Positions 47,822 through 57,107 of a stretch of DNA of 64,000 nt are shown here, in pieces (within the stretch, counting starts at the first letter, position 1; each line of letters opens with the position of its first letter). Made by a program: the position numbers and the translations under genes. This stretch comes from an uncultured virus (IMG/VR IMGVR_UViG_3300044491_001791) (taxonomy: Duplodnaviria > Heunggongvirae > Uroviricota > Caudoviricetes). The notes under the pieces are model-generated. The model was given only the letters and a program-made list of their open reading frames with translations. It searched no databases and was not told the DNA's origin. Where the stretch lies: IMG/VR virus record IMGVR_UViG_3300044491_001791. The stretch is one strand, 5' to 3'.

Positions 47822-48145
47822 TTACTTGTCTGATTTTGCTCTTGAACCTGTGTAAAGACCGAACCAAGCCGCGCCAGCACCAACTACAATACTAACTAAA
47901 CCTGATTGTTCCATTGTAGGATTTGGCAACGCCATATACCAAATTACGACTTTGTATAACAAATAGATATATGTTGTAATAAAGACACGTGGAAAGATTC
48001 TCCAACTGTCTACTGCTCTTGCTAAGTGTATTAATTTAGCATATGGATTAACACCTAAGTCTTTTGCTGATGCATCAACTTCTAACTCAAGATTAACTGT
48101 CTTTTTATGTTCTGAACTTTGAACTTTTACTTCTGCGTCTGCCAT
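47822..48145 (-). CDS. Two-TM membrane protein, holin candidate
   Basis: WRIFPR + two hydrophobic helices; near lysis genes. Confidence 0.55.
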   Translation of the reverse strand: MADAEVKVQSSEHKKTVNLELEVDASAKDLGVNPYAKLIHLARAVDSWRIFPRVFITTYIYLLYKVVIWYMALPNPTMEQSGLVSIVVGAGAAWFGLYTGSRAKSDK

Positions 48146-48426
48146 TATTTTTTACCCTCTAATTTTTTAATGCGTGACTCTAACTCGTCTATTTTTTGAG
48201 TTACATGGGGATACTTTGTACGCCAAGCATTTGGATCATTTTGGAACCATGTCCAACCCCAACGTACTGCAAGATACTCAAGAAAAGCATCAAACTTTTT
48301 TACTGCCCACATTGCCATTTTTGTGTCTTTAAACCAGAACAAAAATGCGGCACCAAATAAAGATCCTGCTAAGGCTGTGTAAATCCACAGTCTATCAGAT
48401 GCCATTCTTTCAATCATTTCCCACAT
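48145..48426 (-). CDS. Membrane protein
   Basis: One TM helix and C-terminal coiled coil; TAAATA upstream. Confidence 0.65.
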   Translation of the reverse strand: MWEMIERMASDRLWIYTALAGSLFGAAFLFWFKDTKMAMWAVKKFDAFLEYLAVRWGWTWFQNDPNAWRTKYPHVTQKIDELESRIKKLEGKK

Positions 48427-48467
48427 ATAATTTCCCTCTTTTATATGTGTATTTATCGATTATTGGA

Positions 48468-48650
48468 TTAGAAAGAACAAGTGACTTCGCCCTTAGGAAC
48501 TACTGACTCGTTAATTTTTGATAGATCTTCGGGTATTTTATCGACCTCGACTCCAGGTCTGACTGTACAAGTGGATTTACCGTTACTGCAACTACTTAGA
48601 ATTAGTAGTGTTAGTATTGGAATCACCCTCGTAATAATTTTTATATTCAT
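48468..48650 (-). CDS. Small lipoprotein
   Basis: Signal peptide with LSSC lipobox; two further Cys. Confidence 0.55.
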   Translation of the reverse strand: MNIKIITRVIPILTLLILSSCSNGKSTCTVRPGVEVDKIPEDLSKINESVVPKGEVTCSF

Positions 48651-48963
48651 TAATTATCTGTCTTTGCTTAATCATATAAGCACGGATTTGTGCGAAGTTC
48701 TTAGATAAGAACTCGTAGTCTTCATCGCTTAACCCAAACAACACAGGATCTTTGCCTTGTTCTTTCAGTTTAGCAAATACTTCTTCTGCATTATCGCTGT
48801 TAATAATAACCCATCTTAATGGCTCCATCTTTGCTGGAGCAGGATGTTCTAAGTTTAGAGGTGCTCTTTTAACTTCTGTTTTAAAGATATCAAGTTTTTG
48901 TACAGATGAACATCCAGTTAGTACAACTGCAAATAAACCTACTATTAAAATATTCTTAATCAT
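48592..48963 (-). CDS. o-spanin-like lipoprotein
   Basis: LTGC lipobox, Pro-rich segment, overlaps the i-spanin. Confidence 0.75.
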   Translation of the reverse strand: MIKNILIVGLFAVVLTGCSSVQKLDIFKTEVKRAPLNLEHPAPAKMEPLRWVIINSDNAEEVFAKLKEQGKDPVLFGLSDEDYEFLSKNFAQIRAYMIKQRQIINEYKNYYEGDSNTNTTNSK

Positions 48964-49444
48964 ATGGAACATAATTTGGGTTTGCTAAACTTGGACACTC
49001 TGAATTAATCTCAGACTTCTTTGTAGCATTCCTTTCCTTTTCAGTTAATTCTGCTCCCATAGCAATTTCTACACATCTCATTGCTTTGACAGTAGCATTG
49101 TTAATTACACGTTCAACTAATTTAGATTTTTCATCAGCCAATTTACCAAGGTCGCGAACTTCACCTTTGCCGTTAATTTTATTGAAACGTTCATCAAGTG
49201 CCGCAAATTCTTTTTGAAGTCTTTGATTTGTTTCTTCAAGTGATTTGTTAGCGGCAAGTATTGCAGTAAAATCTTTTTGTTGTTGCTCTATAACAGCCTT
49301 TTGATCAGCAACACTTTCTTGTAGTTTTGTATTGTTGGCTTCACTAATAGCAAGATCGCTTTTAAGTGTTTTTACGTACACAAAACCACCGCCAGCACCT
49401 GCTAACATAATTAATACCATTGCTATTTTGATTGAACTAAACAT
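48956..49444 (-). CDS. i-spanin-like protein
   Basis: N-terminal TM helix + long coiled coil; downstream of the endolysin. Confidence 0.75.
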   Translation of the reverse strand: MFSSIKIAMVLIMLAGAGGGFVYVKTLKSDLAISEANNTKLQESVADQKAVIEQQQKDFTAILAANKSLEETNQRLQKEFAALDERFNKINGKGEVRDLGKLADEKSKLVERVINNATVKAMRCVEIAMGAELTEKERNATKKSEINSECPSLANPNYVPYD

Positions 49445-49605
49445 TATCTTCCCTGTTCGCAGACTTTGATGGTAATTGTCTTACCATCGCCGTCCAACAT
49501 ATCTTTGTAAAGAGGTCCTTCGTGGTATTCGTGACCGCAGTTTTTACAACCTACTTGGTCATTGCTAACGCTGACTCTTTCGTCTCGTTTACTCTGCGTG
49601 TCCAT
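49444..49605 (-). CDS. 53-aa CxxCxH miniprotein (not in the ORF track)
   Basis: ...GCKNCGHEYHEGPLYKD...VCEQGR; TAATG coupling to the i-spanin. Confidence 0.55.
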   Translation of the reverse strand: MDTQSKRDERVSVSNDQVGCKNCGHEYHEGPLYKDMLDGDGKTITIKVCEQGR

Positions 49606-50078
49606 CCCTTACCAAATGTTTTAAATGTTGCAAGTGACTCATAAAAATCCTGACGAATTTTTTGATATTCTTCAATTGCTTTTGTGATACCGTTTGACTC
49701 TACATAACCTTTTGTCATGTTAATTGTATTAGGACCAATCCAACCATCTATTTTTGCTCCAACCATTTGTTGTAACATCTTAGTTGCTCTATGACGTCCA
49801 CCATTTACGCACATATCAAATACGCATAAATCTAAACCTGCTGGAATATCATCAGCAAGGATAGCATTCCAATAATTCTTTTTGTAAATTGGAGTTACAT
49901 CTGCTTCTGTCAATGCTTTGATAACATCTTTAGTAACTACTTTACCCATCCAGTCTTCATATGTTTGTTTAGTAACACCTAAGTTTGTTGCTCCGCCTGG
50001 ATCTTTCGGATGATCAACATATCCTCCTTCGTGATGAAGAATAATTTCTAAACACTTTTTAAAATTGTCGTTTGCCAT
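49551..50078 (-). CDS. Endolysin, GH108 lysozyme with peptidoglycan-binding domain
   Basis: HEGGYVDHPKDPGGATNLG, DGWIGPNT, FGKGWTRR. Confidence 0.93.
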   Translation of the reverse strand: MANDNFKKCLEIILHHEGGYVDHPKDPGGATNLGVTKQTYEDWMGKVVTKDVIKALTEADVTPIYKKNYWNAILADDIPAGLDLCVFDMCVNGGRHRATKMLQQMVGAKIDGWIGPNTINMTKGYVESNGITKAIEEYQKIRQDFYESLATFKTFGKGWTRRVNETKESALAMTK

Positions 50079-50081
50079 TGT

Positions 50082-50792
50082 TTAACCTCTTTTCAAAATT
50101 AGACTGTAGTCACCATTTTCAAGTACAAGTTTTTTACCATATTTTGTAATATTATAATCACCTAAGTACTTGCTTAAATAAATGACTTCAGCGAAACCAT
50201 TAATATCTAATGCTTCATTGATATTTACCTGATCAGTTCGACTAAAATCGACAACTTTGAATGTAATTGGATCCATAAATGTATTTTTAATACGTAACGT
50301 GTCTTCGTTAATCATGTCCACTTGTTCAGCATAACTTTTGTTGAAAAAGTTCTTGTAGTTATCCATGTTGTTTTCATTTACTCGAATATCGTAAGCATCT
50401 TTATCTGTTGGAATCATTTCTGCTAAATTAGAATCCGTTGCATCATGACTTCTAAAACTCTTATAGTATCTAAACTTCATACTATCTAAACCTGCAATTT
50501 TAGTAATGCCATCTACCATTTCATAAATTTGTGTAGGTGAATCTTTTCCGCGTTCAATTTCTACAAATACTTTGTACATTCCGTCGGTTTGTTCACCTGA
50601 TGTTGCGTCTGCATCAAGCACAAAAGGATAACCTTTTTCTAAAAAATTTTCAAGGTCTTTTGCACTTGCTTCGTTCTTAGTTGAAAAACTCAAAACGACT
50701 ATGTCGCTGTCACTACCCATTTTAGATTTAAAAGAATCAATTTCAAAAATATGATCTACTAAGTCTTTAAGATCGTCTTTTCTTAACCCCAT
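50082..50792 (-). CDS. Hypothetical phage protein
   Basis: IDSFKSKMG..F.EKGY.FVLDAD. Confidence 0.75.
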   Translation of the reverse strand: MGLRKDDLKDLVDHIFEIDSFKSKMGSDSDIVVLSFSTKNEASAKDLENFLEKGYPFVLDADATSGEQTDGMYKVFVEIERGKDSPTQIYEMVDGITKIAGLDSMKFRYYKSFRSHDATDSNLAEMIPTDKDAYDIRVNENNMDNYKNFFNKSYAEQVDMINEDTLRIKNTFMDPITFKVVDFSRTDQVNINEALDINGFAEVIYLSKYLGDYNITKYGKKLVLENGDYSLILKRG

Positions 50793-51337
50793 TACATTGC
50801 TCCTTCTGGTGCTGTTGCTTCTGCACCTGCTCCAACGCCTGCTTCAACGCCTGCTTCTGCTGGTTGTGCTTCTGGGGTAGCACCTGGTGTTTGTCCTGGC
50901 TCAGTGTTAAGATCAATCATTTCATTGTATCCACTATAAATGTCTACAATTAATTTTTTAGGCATCATAATTTCAACTACCCAAATTTCTTCGCGATCTA
51001 ATTTACCCTTTTTAGTGCCTGGACGTATATCATCTGGTGTTTTGATTTTACGTGGTTTTAGAATATAATCTTTTTTATATGTAACTTTACAATCGTAATC
51101 AAGTAGTCTTTTGCCTCCCATAGGATCTGGCATCTTATCTCTTGGCCACATAAATGAGCAAATTACCCAGTGTCTTTTAATATTAGGGCCTGAAACTATT
51201 TCGCCATCTTCCCAGTTATCGTAGACATACAAATCAAGTTCGTCAAGCACTCTTTCAAAGTCTTTTAGAACCGTAAATGCAGTATCACTCTCGTAAATAC
51301 CCTGAACATTTTTGATTACTTCTAATACATCTTTCAT
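50792..51337 (-). CDS. Hypothetical phage protein
   Basis: DFERVLDE..Y.NW..GE...MPDP.GG.RL; TAAATA at 51362-51367. Confidence 0.75.
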   Translation of the reverse strand: MKDVLEVIKNVQGIYESDTAFTVLKDFERVLDELDLYVYDNWEDGEIVSGPNIKRHWVICSFMWPRDKMPDPMGGKRLLDYDCKVTYKKDYILKPRKIKTPDDIRPGTKKGKLDREEIWVVEIMMPKKLIVDIYSGYNEMIDLNTEPGQTPGATPEAQPAEAGVEAGVGAGAEATAPEGAM

Positions 51338-51415
51338 AGTGAATATCCAATCTTATACACTTATTTATCCGGTTAGCATTTATAACAGTGTAGTTTTATC
51401 ACGAGTGAAACGTAC

Positions 51416-51499
51416 TAAATATTTGTGTAGGACGCATTCATAACGTCCAGGCGTTAAGGATGCAGTTTTACTTGTTTAATCCATAAAGGAGGACTGCAT
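51416..51499 (+). promoter_or_regulatory. Late promoter plus structured leader of phoH
   Basis: TAAATA 51416-51421; GGACG/CGTCC hairpin; 10-bp stem over the SD and AUG. Confidence 0.55.
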
Positions 51500-52226
51500 G
51501 GGTGCAAAAAGAAGTGCTCGTAGGAGCAAAAACTACAATAGCAATATTGTAGAATTCAATAAATTTCTTCCCCAGAAGAAAAAAGAAGTCAAAATCATTC
51601 CGAGAAACGTTAATCAAGAAACTTATATGCTACAACTGTTAGACCCGAAGAAAGACATAGTCTTTGGCATTGGGCCGGCAGGTACAGGTAAAACGCTGTT
51701 GGCTGTACAAGTTGCGATTAAGCAGTTTAAAGACGGAGTAGTCGATAAAATAATTGTAACGAGACCTGCTGTAAGTGCAGATGAAGATTTAGGTTTCTTA
51801 CCCGGTACATTAGAACAAAAAATGGCACCGTGGACAAGACCTATTTTTGACGTACTACAGGAGTATTTCTCAGCACACGAAATAACGGGTATGGTCGAAG
51901 AAGGTGTAGTAGAAATTGCACCACTTGCTTATATGCGAGGACGAACATTTAAACGCTCGTTTATCATTGCTGATGAAATGCAAAATGCTACACAAAATCA
52001 AATGAAGATGTTATTAACACGTTTAGGGCAAGGTTCTAAGATGGCTGTAACAGGTGACTTAGCACAAGCAGATAGACTAAGAGATAACGGACTTATTGAT
52101 TTTTGTAGACACTTAGATCAGAAAGGTCGTGCTGAAAAAATCGATGTCGTAGAGTTTGAAAAAGGAGATATTGAAAGACACGATGCAGTCAAAGAAGTAT
52201 TAGAAATATATGGAGATGTTGTTTAA
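51498..52226 (+). CDS. phoH: PhoH-family ATPase
   Basis: GPAGTGKT, LGFLPG, YMRGRT, DEMQN, GD..Q.D. Confidence 0.95.
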   Translation: MGAKRSARRSKNYNSNIVEFNKFLPQKKKEVKIIPRNVNQETYMLQLLDPKKDIVFGIGPAGTGKTLLAVQVAIKQFKDGVVDKIIVTRPAVSADEDLGFLPGTLEQKMAPWTRPIFDVLQEYFSAHEITGMVEEGVVEIAPLAYMRGRTFKRSFIIADEMQNATQNQMKMLLTRLGQGSKMAVTGDLAQADRLRDNGLIDFCRHLDQKGRAEKIDVVEFEKGDIERHDAVKEVLEIYGDVV

Positions 52227-52987
52227 CCGGGTAAATCAGTATCCTGGGCATCAACTATATATAACTTCTTAGTCTTGACCCATTTAATCCAGCCTGCATA
52301 AGTCATTTTGTGTAGGCTGGATATTGCCCACTGACGTTTCATAACTGTTTCATTAAGTTCCATAGTTCGTGCAACTTGCTTTTCACGTTTAAATGGAATT
52401 ACTTGTACGATAGGTTCACCCATCTTAATTGTTGTTGGCTTAATTTCTTTAAGCATAATATTAATAGGACTTTGCGGAGCACCTAAATCGTGATCCATTA
52501 CACCAGGAACTGCTTCCCAGTTCTTTCCTTCATGATAATACATTGGCAAATACAATGTACTCCAACCTGCTTTATTCCAAGTAAACCAAGGATTGTCAAG
52601 TTTTACTGCACCTCTAACAGCAAACTTTTGCTCCATAAATTTTCCTAACTGCTCTTCAGGGTGGTATGCATCGTTATACATATCATCACTGTATCTTGTT
52701 ATAATGTGTTTACCGTCTGGAGTTGGTTCTATTGTAATATCACACCAAGCAGGAATAACATATCCCATACTCATGTAATCTGTAATACCGGGACAGGCTC
52801 TTACTGTTTTATGACTATCAATGTTATGCTGTTCTTTTTTAAAGTATGGACTCATATCTTTAAACTTGTCAGGAAAAAATTTGCCTGCAGGTTCAATAGG
52901 TGCATATTTCCTCACGCCCCAACTTGAACAAGCAAAATTAATTACTGGCTCTTCTTTTCCAAAAAGTTTTTTTAAAAAGTTCTTCAT
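52223..52987 (-). CDS. Hypothetical protein (possibly dUTPase-like beta fold)
   Basis: TVRACPG..GYVIPAW...PG..D.D..GEPIVQVIPFKR. Confidence 0.6.
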   Translation of the reverse strand: MKNFLKKLFGKEEPVINFACSSWGVRKYAPIEPAGKFFPDKFKDMSPYFKKEQHNIDSHKTVRACPGITDYMSMGYVIPAWCDITIEPTPDGKHIITRYSDDMYNDAYHPEEQLGKFMEQKFAVRGAVKLDNPWFTWNKAGWSTLYLPMYYHEGKNWEAVPGVMDHDLGAPQSPINIMLKEIKPTTIKMGEPIVQVIPFKREKQVARTMELNETVMKRQWAISSLHKMTYAGWIKWVKTKKLYIVDAQDTDLPG

Positions 52988-53415
52988 ACTTTGGTAACAT
53001 TAATATTTGATTTCTTAAGAAATCTAATACCATCCTCGCTACGATAGTTATCTTTGTAGTATAGGTCTTTAATACCACTCTGGTATATTAGTTTTGCACA
53101 GTCTAAACAAGGTGAATGTGTAATAAAAATACTTGCACCGTCACCGCTTTCATTAGAACGTGCTAACTTAGCAATAGCATTTGATTCTGCGTGTAATACT
53201 TCGGGTTTTGATTTGGTAATTAATGCACCTACTTCATCTTGTCCAATTATTTCTTCACACTCATTAACCCAACCACTGGGCATACCATTATAGCCAATTG
53301 AAATAATACGATCATCCTTTACAACAATCGCACCTACATTCAAACGCTTTGCTGAACTTAGTTTTGCGAAACGTTCAGCAACATCCATGTATGCTTCAAT
53401 AAACTTAGTTTTCAC
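52984..53415 (-). CDS. dCMP deaminase
   Basis: GYNG, HAESNA, SPCLDC. Confidence 0.93.
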   Translation of the reverse strand: MKTKFIEAYMDVAERFAKLSSAKRLNVGAIVVKDDRIISIGYNGMPSGWVNECEEIIGQDEVGALITKSKPEVLHAESNAIAKLARSNESGDGASIFITHSPCLDCAKLIYQSGIKDLYYKDNYRSEDGIRFLKKSNINVTKV

Positions 53416-54082
53416 TTACAAGTTCCTCTGCTAAAGGAAATATCTCTGCAATTACTTTTGCACAAGCATGAGCAATATCCATATGTTCTTTTTGTGTGCC
53501 GTTAGCACCACGTAACTCAATGTAATGAATCCAACTACGTAGAGTACCGTTCATATACAATCGTGTTTTAGTACAACCTTCGGGCAATACTGCACGAGCC
53601 TGTTCTTTAGCAATACCGTGTTCGATTGCCCACTCGTATGCTTCTTTAGCCGCCGCAATAACTTTTTCTTGTTGCGATTCCCAATCATTAATTAGATTCA
53701 TATCTTGTTGTGTTGTACCTAATTCAATTGAGTTCTGTCTGTTCTTAGTATCTTGTAATCGTGCTTCGCGTAGCACAAACTGATCGCCAAACTCTGCTGG
53801 ATCAGCATATCGTTGTGAAAACTCTTGGAAACTAAAACTACGATGACGCACAATTTGATGTGCAATATCACGTGTAGTATTAATTTCTAAACAAGCACTA
53901 ACCATTTCAAGTGGTGACCAATGAGCGTGTTTAATCAAATACTTGATTAGTTTCTCACTTGTTTCTGAATTCATTTGATTACTTGGGTTTGATACTCTTG
54001 CACAATAGGCAATAAGTTCTTGACAGTCGCCGAGGTCTGAACCTTCTGGTGCTGTTGAATATGAAATTAATTTTACGCTCAT
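53405..54082 (-). CDS. thyX: Flavin-dependent thymidylate synthase
   Basis: HWSPLE, RHRSFSFQEFSQRY, EQARAVLP. Confidence 0.95.
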   Translation of the reverse strand: MSVKLISYSTAPEGSDLGDCQELIAYCARVSNPSNQMNSETSEKLIKYLIKHAHWSPLEMVSACLEINTTRDIAHQIVRHRSFSFQEFSQRYADPAEFGDQFVLREARLQDTKNRQNSIELGTTQQDMNLINDWESQQEKVIAAAKEAYEWAIEHGIAKEQARAVLPEGCTKTRLYMNGTLRSWIHYIELRGANGTQKEHMDIAHACAKVIAEIFPLAEELVSEN

Positions 54083-54648
54083 TCTGTTTCTCCTGGTTTT
54101 CTAACAGTAACACTAATGTTACCTGATATAGCGACTCTGTCGTGGGTACAATTTTGTACGCCTACTTTATGACTAACATTGCCTGGAAAGATTACCATTA
54201 ATCCGGTAAACGGTTTTACAGTATAATTTGCTGTTGGAAATTCTAATGCGGCACAGTGTTCACAAGCATTCACATAGTAAACAAAACTATATGTTGCAGG
54301 CCAGTGTGCGTGTTCAATTGTATGATGTCCTTTATCATTTTTATAAACCATCCCCCAACAGTCTACAATATTAAATCGTAGCATTTCTGCACCACGTTGG
54401 CTTAATCCTTCGATGCTATTAATACATTGCATAATTGCAAAATCACAAATACGTTTGAAGTCTGGATCTTCATACATTGTAAATTCAGTCATATCTGCTT
54501 TTACATTACTTCTATGTCCTACTACATCTCCGTAACTTCTAATCTTTTCTTCAAGTATAGGATTCAAGGTTTCACTGTTAGTGTATTTTACCATAGTAAT
54601 ATCACACGGTTCATTCGCTTGTGTCTGATGTACTTTAAAGTAATCCAT
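54079..54648 (-). CDS. Putative 2OG-Fe(II) oxygenase
   Basis: WGMVY..HAH..SFVYY..FPG..HKV..RVAISGN. Confidence 0.8.
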   Translation of the reverse strand: MDYFKVHQTQANEPCDITMVKYTNSETLNPILEEKIRSYGDVVGHRSNVKADMTEFTMYEDPDFKRICDFAIMQCINSIEGLSQRGAEMLRFNIVDCWGMVYKNDKGHHTIEHAHWPATYSFVYYVNACEHCAALEFPTANYTVKPFTGLMVIFPGNVSHKVGVQNCTHDRVAISGNISVTVRKPGETE

Positions 54649-54983
54649 TAACCTGTCCTTAGTAATATATGATATCCGTATTCTGTTTTAATTGGAAAAG
54701 TAAGCATTTCGTCTTTGTTAATTTGACTAATAGGTTTTGCTATTTCGTATTCCATTTCTCCTGGATAATCAAACCAACCTAAGTCTCCACCGTTCTTTGC
54801 AGATATTCTACAAGCACTGTGTTCTTTAGCGGCTTGTTCAAATGTAAGAAGTCCTTCTATAATGTCTTGAATAATAAAACCTGCTTCTTGTTCTGCCGCA
54901 GGGGCTGGACGATTGCTTGATTGTGCAGTAGCACCTTCGTGACTGATTAGAATATGACTTGCTCTAAGTTTCTGAATTTTCAT
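54648..54983 (-). CDS. Parvulin-type peptidyl-prolyl isomerase
   Basis: [24 protein letters not shown]. Confidence 0.9.
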   Translation of the reverse strand: MKIQKLRASHILISHEGATAQSSNRPAPAAEQEAGFIIQDIIEGLLTFEQAAKEHSACRISAKNGGDLGWFDYPGEMEYEIAKPISQINKDEMLTFPIKTEYGYHILLRTG

Positions 54984-55326
54984 CTGTTCTCCCGCCCGGC
55001 TTTTCAGAAAAGAATCTTTCAAACTTGTTAGGTTCGTTTGCCATTGCTTCAGCATCGGAAGGAACATCTTCTTCACGTTTTTCAGTAATATTTGGCCACT
55101 TGGCTGAATACTCTTCGTTAATATACAACCACTTGTCTGCACCTTCTACGTTGTCTGGAATAATAGCATCTACAGGACATTCTGGCTCACAAACACCGCA
55201 GTCAATACACTCGTTGGGGTTAATAACAAGCATATTTTCACCTTCATAAAAACAGTCTACTGGACAAACATCAACGCAGTCCATGTGTTTACATTTAATA
55301 CAGTTTTCGTTTACAAGATATGTCAT
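54964..55326 (-). CDS. fdxA: 7Fe ferredoxin
   Basis: [18 protein letters not shown]...[17 protein letters not shown]. Confidence 0.92.
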   Translation of the reverse strand: MTYLVNENCIKCKHMDCVDVCPVDCFYEGENMLVINPNECIDCGVCEPECPVDAIIPDNVEGADKWLYINEEYSAKWPNITEKREEDVPSDAEAMANEPNKFERFFSEKPGGRTDENSET

Positions 55327-55344
55327 ACTATTAGTTATTCCTCC

Positions 55345-56265
55345 TTAGTATGGCCGCTTCCAAGACTTGGCAAATTCATATAACATTTGATCGTATTTTT
55401 CTTCTTTTATAATTTCTTCATAATCAGGTTGACCGAGTACATCTTGCAAATTCCAATACTGTGGATAACTTACACCTGCTTTATTTCTATCTTCAGTATC
55501 TGCAACATATTCGTGGTCGATATGTTTACACAAATCTTCTGTGTCTTTGTTTAAATTTTCAGTTGTACCTAAGTACCACATATTAACTTTTAATACTTCT
55601 ATAAGCATATCAAATAGATTATCGTCCATTTGAATGTTATAAAACCAATCTGGCCAAGTTTGCGGAATAAATTGTCCTTGGTGTGTAGCAAATGTATCGC
55701 CACCTTCAAATTTACTGTACTGCTTAAACATTGCTCGTGTATCATCAAACGCATAAAAACATTTAAGTAACCATTTACATTGTAAGTTTCGTTCAGCACT
55801 GTTGTCAAGTCTCCATGTATACAAACTATTGTAGTCTGTTGCTTGTCTATTATAGTAACGTGCATATGTGTCACTTACAGGACTTGAACTACTAAACATA
55901 TGAGTATCTTGATTTAATTGTGCAAGACCGAATCGATAGTTAAAACTACTTAACAGTCTTGGAACAGGTTCCCTAACATGAGCCATATAATAAGGAACAC
56001 GTGGTTCCTTTAACCAAAAATGTGTATGACTATATGTACTGTGCCCTGAAATAATTTTTAGTTGTTCGTGTTGTTCTTTTGTTCTATTTTGTAGTAAAGG
56101 AATATTATGTTCTACAAAAGAACCACCGAATCCATCTACCCAATTAAAATGTTTTAACCAACGATCGTTTTCTCTATGTAAATGGTATCCTACCTTCCAG
56201 TTGAAACTTGTTCCACCAGTTTTAGGAATATGAAAGTATATGTAAATAGGTTTAGGATTGGTCAT
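55345..56265 (-). CDS. Sulfotransferase family protein
   Basis: HIPKTGGTS (5'-PSB) and REPVPRLLS (3'-PB). Confidence 0.8.
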   Translation of the reverse strand: MTNPKPIYIYFHIPKTGGTSFNWKVGYHLHRENDRWLKHFNWVDGFGGSFVEHNIPLLQNRTKEQHEQLKIISGHSTYSHTHFWLKEPRVPYYMAHVREPVPRLLSSFNYRFGLAQLNQDTHMFSSSSPVSDTYARYYNRQATDYNSLYTWRLDNSAERNLQCKWLLKCFYAFDDTRAMFKQYSKFEGGDTFATHQGQFIPQTWPDWFYNIQMDDNLFDMLIEVLKVNMWYLGTTENLNKDTEDLCKHIDHEYVADTEDRNKAGVSYPQYWNLQDVLGQPDYEEIIKEEKYDQMLYEFAKSWKRPY

Positions 56266-56662
56266 TTCTCATCTTCTCTCTAATTTTTGTAGCAGAAATA
56301 GAATGTATTTCTTCTCCTAAATCATGTTGAGTAAACGTATAACCTACTCCGCGGCCATAACTAATATCAACAATATTAGGAACAAGCATAATAATATAAT
56401 CTTTGTTGTAAACAAATCCTGCGTCACTTAGGCCGTTAATAATATTAGTTTTAACAGTTTCAAAGTTAAATGGATTATCGTTTTGCACTAATGCAGTTCT
56501 GCCAGCGCCTGCATCTTCGCCAACAATACCACCTACATCTCGAACCATAATACATACTTGACCAGTTTCAGCAAGTGCTTTTTTAAACAATGCTGTATGT
56601 CCGTCATGCCAAGGTTGCCAACGTCCTAACATTTCTGTAGTTGGCTTTTTGTAATCAAACAT
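56252..56662 (-). CDS. HxGH nucleotidyltransferase
   Basis: GRWQPWHDGH, NPF, ISATKIR. Confidence 0.85.
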   Translation of the reverse strand: MFDYKKPTTEMLGRWQPWHDGHTALFKKALAETGQVCIMVRDVGGIVGEDAGAGRTALVQNDNPFNFETVKTNIINGLSDAGFVYNKDYIIMLVPNIVDISYGRGVGYTFTQHDLGEEIHSISATKIREKMRNDQS

Positions 56663-57107
56663 TTTCTGTACCTTTGTTGTGTGCTGTTAAGTTTCCGAAC
56701 TTTGCTACAAGTTCTTGTTTAACTATAAAGACCCAAGTATCGGCATCCATATGTGTTACCTTAACGTCATATTCTTCAAGGGGTTCAAATATTTTATTTG
56801 TATCCTCAAATCTTCCTTCTTTAATAGTATCCATCCACACAGTAAAGTCTGCATTGTATTCTTTTCTTGCATACTTTGTTGGACAAATAAAATCTGCAAT
56901 AACTATTCTATTTTCTAATACTGCTTGTGCAGATAGTAATCTCATTCTTTCTGCTTGACGCATTCTACCTGCTTCAGAAAAATCCCAATCATTTGCTTCT
57001 TCTCTAACTTTATCTGCATTCAAATGAACAGCATTAATCATCGGAGCAAGTTTTTCTGCTAATGTAGTTTTGCCTGAGCCGGGTAATCCGCAAATTAGTA
57101 TTTTCAT
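56655..57107 (-). CDS. Adenylylsulfate-kinase-like P-loop kinase
   Basis: GLPGSGKTT, ADKVR..DWDFS..GR, FICP, FEP. Confidence 0.8.
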   Translation of the reverse strand: MKILICGLPGSGKTTLAEKLAPMINAVHLNADKVREEANDWDFSEAGRMRQAERMRLLSAQAVLENRIVIADFICPTKYARKEYNADFTVWMDTIKEGRFEDTNKIFEPLEEYDVKVTHMDADTWVFIVKQELVAKFGNLTAHNKGTENV

